Below are positions 1 through 7,547 of a stretch of 32,000 bases of DNA, in pieces. The translations under genes were made by a program, and so were the position numbers. Below the pieces are notes generated by a model, which worked only from the letters and a program-made list of their open reading frames with translations, was not told the DNA's origin and ran no database searches. Positions within the stretch are counted from its first letter, which is position 1, and each line of letters opens with the position of its first letter. The stretch is from an uncultured Erysipelotrichaceae bacterium (GTDB taxonomy: Bacteria; Bacillota_I; Bacilli_A; Erysipelotrichales; Erysipelotrichaceae), in NCBI GenBank assembly GCA_942493105.1, contig OW818668.1:120001-152000 (forward strand). The letters run 5' to 3'.

Positions 1-349
1 AGTAAGTCACATTAAAGAATATGTAACTTTTGTGTGTGGTGTCAATCGGATCATAATCTGGATCTGAGCAACCAAAGTGATCCTTATAATACTGTACAAC
101 AGATGTCGCATCTGCCCCTTCAGTTAAAACCCAACCTTGGGAATTCACTAAAGAAACAAGTTGATCATCATAGAGACATTCATAAATACCAGCCCCAACA
201 CCAGCATTGTTGCTGGTATCGACGTCGATATTCAATTCGAACGTGTCTCCGGTGTAAGGGGTTAGTGCAGTGACTTCAACAAAGCCTCGCCCCGCAGTGA
301 GCACCAGTACCATAGTCCATAGTACCAGCTTCTTCCAGAATAATTTCAT
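1..349 (-). CDS. Secreted/surface protein, N-terminal part (3' end runs off the window); possibly cohesin-like beta-sandwich
   Basis: Absent from the ORF track because there is no stop in the window. ATG at 349, GGAGG at 357-361 (7-nt spacer). My reverse translation stays open to base 1: MKLFWKKLVLWTMVLVLTAGRGFVEVTALTPYTGDTFELNIDVDTSNNAGVGAGIYECLYDDQLVSLVNSQGWVLTEGADATSVVQYYKDHFGCSDPDYDPIDTTHKSYIFFNVTY. Hydrophobic signal-peptide-like N-terminus. Confidence 0.65.
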   Translation of the reverse strand, partial: MKLFWKKLVLWTMVLVLTAGRGFVEVTALTPYTGDTFELNIDVDTSNNAGVGAGIYECLYDDQLVSLVNSQGWVLTEGADATSVVQYYKDHFGCSDPDYDPIDTTHKSYIFFNVTY

Positions 350-364
350 ATGCTTTCCTCCTTT

Positions 365-410
365 ATAAAGAAAAATGACCTTCCAATAGCACGAGTGCAA
401 TTGGCCGGTC
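365..410 (-). terminator. Intrinsic terminator / expression platform in the leader of the secreted-protein gene
   Basis: Minus-strand RNA GACCGGCCAAUUGCACUCGUGCUAUUGGAAGGUC followed by AUUUUUCUUUAU, immediately upstream of the RBS. Stem CCAAU-U-GCA / UGC-U-AUUGG, plus outer GACC/GGUC. Confidence 0.55.
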
Positions 411-485
411 ATGGTTACTTTGAATAACTTTAGACGCTCAACTTTGTGCCCCACCCTTTCGAAGTGGTTTACCCTTTTACAACGT
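399..485 (-). promoter_or_regulatory. Candidate c-di-GMP-I (GEMM-I) riboswitch aptamer
   Basis: Minus-strand RNA ACGUUGUAAAAGGGUAAACCACUUCGAAAGGGUGGGGCACAAAGUUGAGCGUCUAAAGUUAUUCAAAGUAACCAUGACCGGCCAAU. It shows GGNAAACC, a GAAA-capped hairpin, a CACAAAG junction and a UCUAAAG...CAUGAC receptor-like pair. These sit in the same order as in the V. cholerae Vc2 aptamer as I recall it. Confidence 0.55.
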
Positions 486-607
486 ATTTACCTAATGAAT
501 GCAACTTCCAGAGCTTTTTTACCCATAAGGGTCATAAAGATTGCTTCCTTACCTATACAGAGTCTCTTTCAACACAAATTGACGAATATTTTCGAAATTT
601 TTTTAGG

Positions 608-636
608 TTTATAAAAGAGATTGAAATTTAAATCAA
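608..636 (-). promoter_or_regulatory. Candidate sigma-70 promoter (TTGATT-17-TATAAA), alternative promoter for the riboswitch leader
   Basis: Minus strand -35 TTGATT (636-631), 17-nt spacer, -10 TATAAA (613-608). Confidence 0.3.
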
Positions 637-718
637 TCATAACCTTCAAAGATAACTTAAATATTTAATTGTCCTCTATGTTTTCACATAGTTTTAACTA
701 TGTAACAACTATATTTTT

Positions 719-746
719 ATTATAGCACCCTAATATTCAGGTGCAA
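719..746 (-). promoter_or_regulatory. Candidate sigma-70 promoter (TTGCAC-16-TATAAT) reading toward the riboswitch leader
   Basis: Minus strand TTGCAC (746-741), 16-nt spacer, TATAAT (724-719), just downstream of the azlD stop. Confidence 0.4.
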
Positions 747-763
747 GACAAACAATCACTTAT

Positions 764-1087
764 TTAAACATAATTTACTAAAAACAGATATATCAGTAAT
801 CCCCCAGCTATACTCAATAATGTGTTGTTTTTCCACTGATGGATCACCGCAATCACGATCAAAGATAATAATTCAGTCAACCCATAAGGAGCAGATGTGA
901 TTTTCACATCTTTTAAGGCATAGATGACCAATAGTCCTAAACTTGCATAAGGTAAACGATCTGCTAAGAAAGATACAACTTTGGGGATGGGCTTATTTTG
1001 AGGGAAGAGAATAAATGGCAAGAATCGAGTTAAGATGGTTGCACATGCCATAGCCAATACTGAAATCAGCAGTTGAAGATCACTCAT
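764..1087 (-). CDS. azlD: Branched-chain amino acid exporter small subunit AzlD
   Basis: 107-aa, very hydrophobic protein. Overlaps the azlC stop by 8 nt. Size, position and sequence (…TRFLPFILFP…) are typical of AzlD. Confidence 0.8.
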   Translation of the reverse strand: MSDLQLLISVLAMACATILTRFLPFILFPQNKPIPKVVSFLADRLPYASLGLLVIYALKDVKITSAPYGLTELLSLIVIAVIHQWKNNTLLSIAGGLLIYLFLVNYV

Positions 1088-1772
1088 GATGTTTCTCCTG
1101 AATGTGCCTAAAACCCAAAATCCCTAGTACAATCAGTAACATCGACATCAATAAGAACTGTGTTTTACCAAATACAACGAGTGAAAACAGAGTTGAAAAG
1201 ACACCCAACAACAGGTAAACCCTTCGATCATTATTTTTCCACTGATTAAGAAACATAACAAAAAACAAAGCCGTCAACACAAAATCAAAGCCTTTGATTT
1301 GATCTGGTATAAAAACAGATAACAGGTGCCCCATAAGACAAGCAACTTGCCAATACAGATAACACAAGCCTGTAATCGTTAGATAAAACAAAGAAGGATC
1401 AATGTCTTTTGGAACCTTATTAGCGACATTGATTGAGAAAGCTTCATCTGCCATCGCAAAAATCAAGAATGTTTTACCCTTGAGACCTTTGAATCGATCT
1501 AGCATTGAGATTCCATAAAACAAATGTCGTATATTCACCAAGAGTGCCACTAAGAAAGCCAGAAGCGGATTAAACGTGGATAGCAATAATGGTATCGCAG
1601 CATATTGCATAGCACCCGCAAATACCACAGCACTCATTAAAAAGGTCCATATGATTGAAAATCCTTTATCACTCATCAAGATGCCATAAGCCATTCCCAA
1701 CATCAAATAACCTGCTAATACAGGAAGGGTTAAAGGAAAGGTAATACTTAATGTATGCTTAAGATTTTTCAT
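1080..1772 (-). CDS. azlC: Branched-chain amino acid exporter AzlC
   Basis: 230-aa polytopic membrane protein. AzlC-like N-terminus (PLTLPVLAGYLMLGMAYGIL) and the azlC-azlD pairing. Confidence 0.85.
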   Translation of the reverse strand: MKNLKHTLSITFPLTLPVLAGYLMLGMAYGILMSDKGFSIIWTFLMSAVVFAGAMQYAAIPLLLSTFNPLLAFLVALLVNIRHLFYGISMLDRFKGLKGKTFLIFAMADEAFSINVANKVPKDIDPSLFYLTITGLCYLYWQVACLMGHLLSVFIPDQIKGFDFVLTALFFVMFLNQWKNNDRRVYLLLGVFSTLFSLVVFGKTQFLLMSMLLIVLGILGFRHIQEKHHE

Positions 1773-1778
1773 TGTTTC

Positions 1779-1807
1779 ATCATACTGAATATTCTTTCAT
1801 TATTCAA
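1779..1807 (-). promoter_or_regulatory. azlCD promoter TTGAAT-17-TATGAT, with the -10 ending 6 nt before the ATG (leaderless candidate)
   Basis: Minus strand TTGAAT (1807-1802), 17-nt spacer, TATGAT (1784-1779), GAAACA, then ATG at 1772. No Shine-Dalgarno. Confidence 0.5.
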
Positions 1808-1831
1808 TAAAAAGAAGGAACTTCCCTTCTT
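1803..1831 (-). terminator. Intrinsic terminator after rpiR
   Basis: AAGAAGG-N6-CCTTCTT hairpin (1812-1831) followed on the minus strand by TTTATTG. Confidence 0.6.
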
Positions 1832-1870
1832 TATCAATATTCAGTCATGATGATCGTCAATATTAAATGT

Positions 1871-2626
1871 TTATTCTTTAAGTTTCGTGATTTCTTGAAT
1901 CAAAATGTCAACTAAAAACAGTTGGGATATTCTAATATTCATCACATTCTTAGCATAATCACTGCTATAAAGCACCAAATCCGAAATATCATGCAATGCA
2001 TTAGGATGATGTCCTGTTAAAGAAATCACTGGAATCCCGTGTTCTTTTGCTCGTTTTGCGGTTTCTAATGTATCCGCAGTCTCTCCTGATTGAGAAATCA
2101 AGACGACAAGTCCTTTAGGACTAAGCTGTGAAACTGAAACCAAAGTCGCATGGTTTCCTTTTGAGAATTGGACAAAAAGCCCTGTTTTGTTGAGTTGATT
2201 ACTCAAGTATTCCGCAAAGATACTAGAATTAGCAGCCCCATAAACCACAATGCGATCAGCAGCCAAAATCATCGATACAGCTTGCTTGATGGATTCTATT
2301 TTATTGAGGATGTGCGTTTCTTGAATTGCTTCTTCATAACGCAACATCAAAATCTTCATCGCATCTGATGTTTCTAATTCCAATTCTCTAATTCTTTGAT
2401 CATCTGCATATACTTTATTTAAATCGACCAAAAAACTCCTAAAACTTTCATAGCCAAGTTTTTGGGTAAAACGGATGACTGTAGATTGCGACATGCCCAA
2501 TTGCTCAGCTAAAGCATTAGAAGTCAATACACGAGGATCGCTCTTAAGATCCAGCAAATAAGCTGCTATATTTTTTTCTTGTCTTGAAAAACGTTCCATT
2601 TTTGATTTTAAAAGTGCTTTGATCAT
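1871..2626 (-). CDS. RpiR/MurR-family transcriptional regulator (HTH_6 + SIS domain)
   Basis: N-terminal HTH (LAEQLGMSQSTVIRFTQKLGY), C-terminal SIS motifs (VVYGAANS…, ISQSGETADT). Confidence 0.85.
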   Translation of the reverse strand: MIKALLKSKMERFSRQEKNIAAYLLDLKSDPRVLTSNALAEQLGMSQSTVIRFTQKLGYESFRSFLVDLNKVYADDQRIRELELETSDAMKILMLRYEEAIQETHILNKIESIKQAVSMILAADRIVVYGAANSSIFAEYLSNQLNKTGLFVQFSKGNHATLVSVSQLSPKGLVVLISQSGETADTLETAKRAKEHGIPVISLTGHHPNALHDISDLVLYSSDYAKNVMNIRISQLFLVDILIQEITKLKE

Positions 2627-2652
2627 GGTTATTACTCCGTATCATTGTCTTC

Positions 2653-2681
2653 ATTATAATGAAAATGCATAAATTATGCAA
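2653..2681 (-). promoter_or_regulatory. rpiR promoter TTGCAT-17-TATAAT overlapped by the 15-bp palindrome TGCATAA-A-TTATGCA (2666-2680)
   Basis: Minus strand -35 TTGCAT (2681-2676) and -10 TATAAT (2658-2653). A perfect inverted repeat spans the -35 and spacer. Confidence 0.5.
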
Positions 2682-2742
2682 ATGTGTCCATTTACACGTC
2701 TCATTAATCTTATATCAAACCATTTCAACTTATTCAATCAAC

Positions 2743-2771
2743 TTGCTTGAATGGGTCTTCTACTTTATAAT
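2743..2771 (+). promoter_or_regulatory. Promoter TTGCTT-17-TATAAT for the 161-aa membrane protein gene
   Basis: TTGCTT 2743-2748, 17-nt spacer, TATAAT 2766-2771. RBS AAAGAGGA lies before the ATG at 2797. Confidence 0.55.
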
Positions 2772-2796
2772 GACATGGTAAAACAAAGAGGAATTT

Positions 2797-3282
2797 ATGA
2801 ACAAAGAACTCATCGATATTGCATCCCTTAATTTAGGTAAACCTGTTTATCGAATGACCTTACGACCGATATTGGTCTTGGTCATCATGACTACTTTTGG
2901 ATTGTCACTTGTGTTGGCTGGGATTCAAAACTTTGGGCTTAATTGGGGGATCATTCTTTTTGGAACCATCATCTTACTCTTGGTCATCATCAACATCGTT
3001 AAAGTCAAAGATCGCAGAATTGCCGATCTTTATGAAGACCTTTTGGTCATCTATGATGCAGAAGATCAAACCAAAGGATTTCTGTTACCTTTCTCTGATA
3101 TTGAAACTTGGGAATTCAAATCAGATGCAGCGTTTGGAGATAAGTTGGTCTTCTTACTTAAGAATGGTGAATACTACGTGCTAGAAAATTACAGAGGACG
3201 AAAAGTCATCGCAATGCTACATAAAAAAGCACCTGAAAAAGAAGTAAAAAATAGTCTCTTTAAATTATTTAAGAAAAAATAA
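2797..3282 (+). CDS. Hypothetical membrane protein (2 TM helices + small soluble C-terminal domain)
   Basis: 161-aa ORF with its own promoter, RBS and terminator. Two hydrophobic helices (residues ~25-70). No family recognised. Confidence 0.6.
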   Translation: MNKELIDIASLNLGKPVYRMTLRPILVLVIMTTFGLSLVLAGIQNFGLNWGIILFGTIILLLVIINIVKVKDRRIADLYEDLLVIYDAEDQTKGFLLPFSDIETWEFKSDAAFGDKLVFLLKNGEYYVLENYRGRKVIAMLHKKAPEKEVKNSLFKLFKKK

Positions 3283-3310
3283 GCTTGGTCAATCAACCAA
3301 GCTTTTTATT
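3281..3310 (+). terminator. Intrinsic terminator of the 2797-3282 gene
   Basis: AAGCTTGGT-CAATCA-ACCAAGCTT followed by TTTATT. Confidence 0.7.
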
Positions 3311-3328
3311 ATCTTTATTGAAATCAGT

Positions 3329-3354
3329 AAAAAAGCATCCAATGGATGCTTTTT
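3329..3354 (-). terminator. Intrinsic terminator after ptsI (symmetric A/T flanks, could act bidirectionally)
   Basis: AAAAAGCATCC-AAT-GGATGCTTTTT, 4 nt downstream of the ptsI stop. Confidence 0.75.
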
Positions 3355-3357
3355 AAG

Positions 3358-5058
3358 TTAGATACTGGCTTTGATCAGTTCGATGACTTCTTCTTGAGTT
3401 GACAGTTTCAGAGCTTTTTCAGCCATGATCTGCATATCAGAATACTTCAAGGCACGAATTGTTTTGCGTGTTTGTAGAATACTGCTGGCAGACATAGAGA
3501 ATTCATCCAAGCCCAAACCCAACAAAACAGGGGCTGCGATTTCATCACCGGCTAATTCACCACACATACCACACCACTTACCATGGGAGTGAGCTCCATC
3601 AATGGTTAGTTTGATCAAACGAAGCAAGGAAGGATTAAGCGGTTGATACAGATACGATACTTTTTCACTCATACGATCTGCAGCCATAGAATATTGAACG
3701 AGGTCATTGGTCCCAATCGAGAAGAAGTCAGCTTCTTTTGCGAATTGATCTGCTAAAATTGCAGCTGCCGGAATTTCAACCATCATTCCGATTTCATAAT
3801 CATCGGATACAGCAACCCCTTCAGCACGTAATTCTTTTTCATTATCCAAAACGAACTGTTTAGCATCTCTGAATTCATTCAGTGTTGCGATCATTGGAAA
3901 CATGATACATAATTTTCCATAAACTGAAGCTCTTAATAAAGCCCTGACTTGAGTTCTGAAGATATCTCTTTGATCTAAACATAAACGAATGGCACGATAA
4001 CCTAAGAACGGGTTCATTTCGTGAGGAATCGGTAAGTAACTCAATTCTTTGTCTCCACCGATATCTAAAGTTCTGACCACGACAGGATGTTTACCCATCT
4101 TTTCTAAAACCGTTTTATAAGCTATGTACTGATCTTCTTCAGTAGGTAAAGCTGTTGCATCCATATATAAGAATTCAGTGCGATACAGACCTACGCCTTC
4201 TCCGCCATTCGCCAAGACACCTTCGACATCATTTGGTGTTCCAATGTTGCCGACAAGTTCGACTCTACGATGATCAAGGGTAATGCTTTCAGCATCTTTC
4301 ATGATTTTTAAACTGGCTTTAAGTTCTGCGAAGTTATCAGCTTTATTTTTATAATGTTTAAGATCGCTGGCTTCAGGATTTACCATCACAAACCCATCAA
4401 TCGCATCCAAAACCAAGATATCTCCATGATTGACATGATCGAGTAATCCATTGATTCCCACAACGGCTGGGATTTCTAAGCTTCTGGCCATAATGGCACT
4501 GTGTGATGTACGGCCACCGATTTGGGTCGCAAATCCTTTGGTGTATTGTTTATTGAGCTGCGCTGTATCTGATGGGGTCAAATCATTGGCGACAATGATG
4601 ACTTCTTCATTGATGAGTGATAAATCAGGAATGATCAAGTCTAAGATGTGGCATTGTAGACGATAACTGACATCTTTGATGTCGGCAGCACGTTCTCTAA
4701 AATAAGGATCATCCATGTTTTCAAACATATGAATGAACATATTGCTGACTTCTTGAGTCGCATATTCGGCATTGACTGCTTCACTGCGAATCATCTCTTC
4801 CATTTGTCCGGTAAATTCAGGATCCTGAGTCACCATGATATGGGCATCAAAAATCGCCAATTCATCTTCAGTCAATTTTCCGACTGCTTTGGCTTTGATG
4901 GTTTCGATATCATGTTGAGTCTTCACTAATGCGGCTTTGAACTTATCGATTTCTGCTTGGACATCTGCTGTGCGACGAACTACATTGACTGTAGGCTGCT
5001 CAAGTTTATAGGCCTTGGCTACTACTACACCGCTGGATGCGGCTATCCCTTTTAACAT
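3358..5058 (-). CDS. ptsI: PTS enzyme I (phosphoenolpyruvate-protein phosphotransferase)
   Basis: Start chosen at MLKGIAASSGV (ATG 5058), with AAAGGAG 5 nt upstream. Active-site region GGRTSHSAIMARSLEIPAVVG and C-terminal PEP-utilising domain motifs (GTNDLVQY, CGELAGD). Confidence 0.92.
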   Translation of the reverse strand: MLKGIAASSGVVVAKAYKLEQPTVNVVRRTADVQAEIDKFKAALVKTQHDIETIKAKAVGKLTEDELAIFDAHIMVTQDPEFTGQMEEMIRSEAVNAEYATQEVSNMFIHMFENMDDPYFRERAADIKDVSYRLQCHILDLIIPDLSLINEEVIIVANDLTPSDTAQLNKQYTKGFATQIGGRTSHSAIMARSLEIPAVVGINGLLDHVNHGDILVLDAIDGFVMVNPEASDLKHYKNKADNFAELKASLKIMKDAESITLDHRRVELVGNIGTPNDVEGVLANGGEGVGLYRTEFLYMDATALPTEEDQYIAYKTVLEKMGKHPVVVRTLDIGGDKELSYLPIPHEMNPFLGYRAIRLCLDQRDIFRTQVRALLRASVYGKLCIMFPMIATLNEFRDAKQFVLDNEKELRAEGVAVSDDYEIGMMVEIPAAAILADQFAKEADFFSIGTNDLVQYSMAADRMSEKVSYLYQPLNPSLLRLIKLTIDGAHSHGKWCGMCGELAGDEIAAPVLLGLGLDEFSMSASSILQTRKTIRALKYSDMQIMAEKALKLSTQEEVIELIKASI

Positions 5059-5095
5059 CGTGGCTCCTTTAAATTGTTCAATTTTTGACGACATC

Positions 5096-5124
5096 ATCAT
5101 ACCATTTTTTCATGGTGCAGACAA
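5096..5124 (-). promoter_or_regulatory. ptsI promoter TTGTCT-17-TATGAT with TG extension
   Basis: Minus strand TTGTCT (5124-5119), 17-nt spacer ending in TGG, TATGAT (5101-5096). About 40 nt upstream of the ptsI ATG and overlapping the stop of the upstream ORF. Confidence 0.5.
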
Positions 5125-5423
5125 TGTAAAAATCGGCTCATTGTAAGATATCTCAAACGATAATAGGTGCTCTTAGAATAGTAGTTCATCCACCAATTCC
5201 TAGAAGTCGGCATTAAAAAATCATTATGCAATAAACGCTGTTCTTCATCAGACAACCGAGTCAGCGTTTCTTGGATCAAAAACAAATAATCCTTATCGCA
5301 AGGATCCATTATAGAATTAAAACGGATCTCTTGACCATATCTTAATCGACTCATCAAGGCTCGATAAAGATGCGCATGGAAATTGATTAAATCAATTTGA
5401 TCTTGATGGTTTTCTGTCATCAT
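5097..5423 (-). CDS. Small hypothetical protein, C-terminal sigma-70 region-4-like HTH
   Basis: 108-aa ORF, long for an AT-rich background. The motif LSDEEQRLL…WWMNYYSKSTYYRLRYLTMSRFLHCL resembles region-4/RinA-type HTH proteins. No SD or obvious promoter. Confidence 0.5.
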   Translation of the reverse strand: MMTENHQDQIDLINFHAHLYRALMSRLRYGQEIRFNSIMDPCDKDYLFLIQETLTRLSDEEQRLLHNDFLMPTSRNWWMNYYSKSTYYRLRYLTMSRFLHCLHHEKMV

Positions 5424-5454
5424 ATTTTATTTTTCGTAGATAAACTTAAAATCC

Positions 5455-5486
5455 CTAAAAAAAGCTGCCTTATTGTAAGGCAGCTT
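5455..5486 (-). terminator. Intrinsic terminator of the V-ATPase operon
   Basis: AAGCTGCC-N9-GGCAGCTT (5462-5486), including the ntpD stop, followed on the minus strand by TTTTTTT. Confidence 0.7.
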
Positions 5487-6096
5487 GTGCTTTTTTATTC
5501 TTGATGACTTTTAAACGGGTAAATTCTTCTCTCTCCTTCTCTTCGAGGGCTTCAGAGATGAATTTGATGTCGTCTTTAAGCGCAGGCAATACAATGTTTT
5601 TTAAAGCATTGGCACGCTTTTGAGTTTTCTGGACAGCTCTGGCCAATCTAAAGATCGCATTATCGACTTCAGACAACAGGATCGTCAAACGTTTGGCTTT
5701 ATTGAATAAGATGGTGGCTTCATCGAGTTTAGAGTTAGATTCTGTAAAACCATACTGGAAAGCAACTTCGCTTTCATCCATCGATACATTGGGAATCTCG
5801 ATCCCCATGACAGAACGATAGACCACATGAACTCCGTTTTCAATCGTAACGGTATTGGCGATCTCACTGACCACGCCCAAGGAGATGTTGGCTTGCTGCA
5901 AAGCAAGATACGCTTGCTCATACGTAAAAGTGATCTCATCGCGTAAAGTCTTGACCTTATCGACCAGCATCATCATTTCCCGAATCAAAACATTGCGTTT
6001 TCGATCCATCAGTTCATAACCCAATTTGGCTAGATCCAGCGACTTCTTCGTCGCGATCAGATTGCCTTTGGTGGGTGAGATTCTGGTTATTCCCAT
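5470..6096 (-). CDS. ntpD: V/A-type ATPase subunit D (central stalk)
   Basis: MGITRISPTKGNLIATKKSLDLAKLGYELMDRKRNVLIREMM is a typical subunit D N-terminus. Last gene of the operon. Confidence 0.9.
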   Translation of the reverse strand: MGITRISPTKGNLIATKKSLDLAKLGYELMDRKRNVLIREMMMLVDKVKTLRDEITFTYEQAYLALQQANISLGVVSEIANTVTIENGVHVVYRSVMGIEIPNVSMDESEVAFQYGFTESNSKLDEATILFNKAKRLTILLSEVDNAIFRLARAVQKTQKRANALKNIVLPALKDDIKFISEALEEKEREEFTRLKVIKNKKAQAALQ

Positions 6097-6097
6097 G

Positions 6098-7537
6098 TTA
6101 ACGTTTCCTTAAGACCTCATCGAGTTGACCACCTTGTAATGCCATAAAGTGGGTGATGGCCAAATCGATATTGTAGTATTCATCTAAGAATTCTTTAGAG
6201 ACACGATCCAATTCACCGATTGGAAGCAAACTCAATAAATACCAGCCTAAATCTAAGGTTTCTTCGATCTTACGATTGGTTTTAAAGCCTTGCCCAACAT
6301 AATATTTTTCGAATAAACGTCCAAAAGCCATATATTTACGATCGATGAGGGAGAGTTCCTCTTCACCGATGACAGACGCTAAAGCTCGGGCATCTTGGAC
6401 TTTCGCATAACACGCAAAGAGTTGAGTACTCAAAGAAGAATGATCAGCACGGGTATAGCCTTCACCGATCCCATCTTTCATCAAACGACTTAGTGACGGT
6501 AATACACCGATTGGAGGATAAACATTGGTCTGATGAAGATTACGATCTAAGACGATCTGTCCTTCAGTAATGTATCCTGTCAAGTCAGAAACAGGATGCG
6601 TGATGTCATCGTTAGGAATGGTCAAAATAGGAATCTGAGTTACAGAACCTTTTTTACCTTTAACGATACCGGCTCTTTCATAAAGTGAAGCCAAATCTGA
6701 ATATAAGTAGCCTGGATAACCTTTACGGCCTGGGATTTCTTCTTTAGATGAACTGAATTCACGCAGAGCTTCACAATACGAAGTCACATCGGTCATGATG
6801 ACCAAGACATGCATATCGCAGGTATAAGCCAAATATTCCGCAACCGTCAAAGCACAGCGTGGAGTCAAAATACGTTCGATGATGGGATCGTTGGATAAGT
6901 TAAGAAACATAACGACTTTTTCCATAACGCCCGTTTCTTCAAATGAACGCTTAAAGAAATCCGCAACATCATTTTTAACACCCATTGCCGCAAATACGAT
7001 CGCAAATTCTTGATCTTCTGAAGAAGCAATGTTGGCTTGTTTAACGATTTGGACAGCCAACTGATTATGCGGCATCCCTGAACCTGAAAAGATGGGCAGT
7101 TTTTGGCCACGAATCAGTGTATTTAATCCATCGATCGCAGATATGCCAGTATTGATGTAGTTTCTAGGATATTTACGCATGACTGGATTTAACGAGTGAC
7201 CATTGATGTCTGCCTTGGTTTGGGCATAGACTTCCCCTAATCCATCGATTGGTTTGCCTCCCCCATTAAAGATACGACCCAATATTTCCCGGGATAAAGC
7301 AATCTCCATAGGATGACCTAAAAGACGTGTCTTAGTGTTGATTTTTGATAGACCAGAAGTACCTTCAAAGACTTGGATAACGGCTTGTTGACCCTGTATT
7401 TCAACCACACGGCCAAAACGAGTGCTTCCATCTTCCAATTCGATTTCAACGACTTCTTCGAAACTGACATCTTCGACTTGATCCAGGATAATCAAGGGGC
7501 CTTTGATTTCTTTTAAACCGATGTATTGACGACTCAT
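6098..7537 (-). CDS. ntpB: V/A-type ATPase subunit B (non-catalytic)
   Basis: Start at [15 protein letters not shown] (ATG 7537, AAGGGG 6 nt upstream). Alpha/beta ATPase fold without a canonical P-loop ([11 protein letters not shown]). Confidence 0.92.
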   Translation of the reverse strand: MSRQYIGLKEIKGPLIILDQVEDVSFEEVVEIELEDGSTRFGRVVEIQGQQAVIQVFEGTSGLSKINTKTRLLGHPMEIALSREILGRIFNGGGKPIDGLGEVYAQTKADINGHSLNPVMRKYPRNYINTGISAIDGLNTLIRGQKLPIFSGSGMPHNQLAVQIVKQANIASSEDQEFAIVFAAMGVKNDVADFFKRSFEETGVMEKVVMFLNLSNDPIIERILTPRCALTVAEYLAYTCDMHVLVIMTDVTSYCEALREFSSSKEEIPGRKGYPGYLYSDLASLYERAGIVKGKKGSVTQIPILTIPNDDITHPVSDLTGYITEGQIVLDRNLHQTNVYPPIGVLPSLSRLMKDGIGEGYTRADHSSLSTQLFACYAKVQDARALASVIGEEELSLIDRKYMAFGRLFEKYYVGQGFKTNRKIEETLDLGWYLLSLLPIGELDRVSKEFLDEYYNIDLAITHFMALQGGQLDEVLRKR

Positions 7538-7547
7538 GGTTTTCCCC

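Noticed and set aside
34-273. 79-aa plus-strand ORF from the track
   Set aside because: It lies entirely antisense to a better-supported minus-strand gene (RBS, signal peptide, open to the window edge). Its Cys/His/Arg/Gln-rich composition looks like antisense noise.
411-631. Two overlapping plus-strand ORFs (67 and 61 aa)
   Set aside because: No RBS. They are antisense to the structured riboswitch leader and terminator, and the region is better explained as a minus-strand 5' UTR.
5097-5423. The ORF upstream of ptsI as HPr (ptsH)
   Set aside because: No GIHARPA-type His15 motif or Ser46 region. Its length and sequence are unrelated to HPr.
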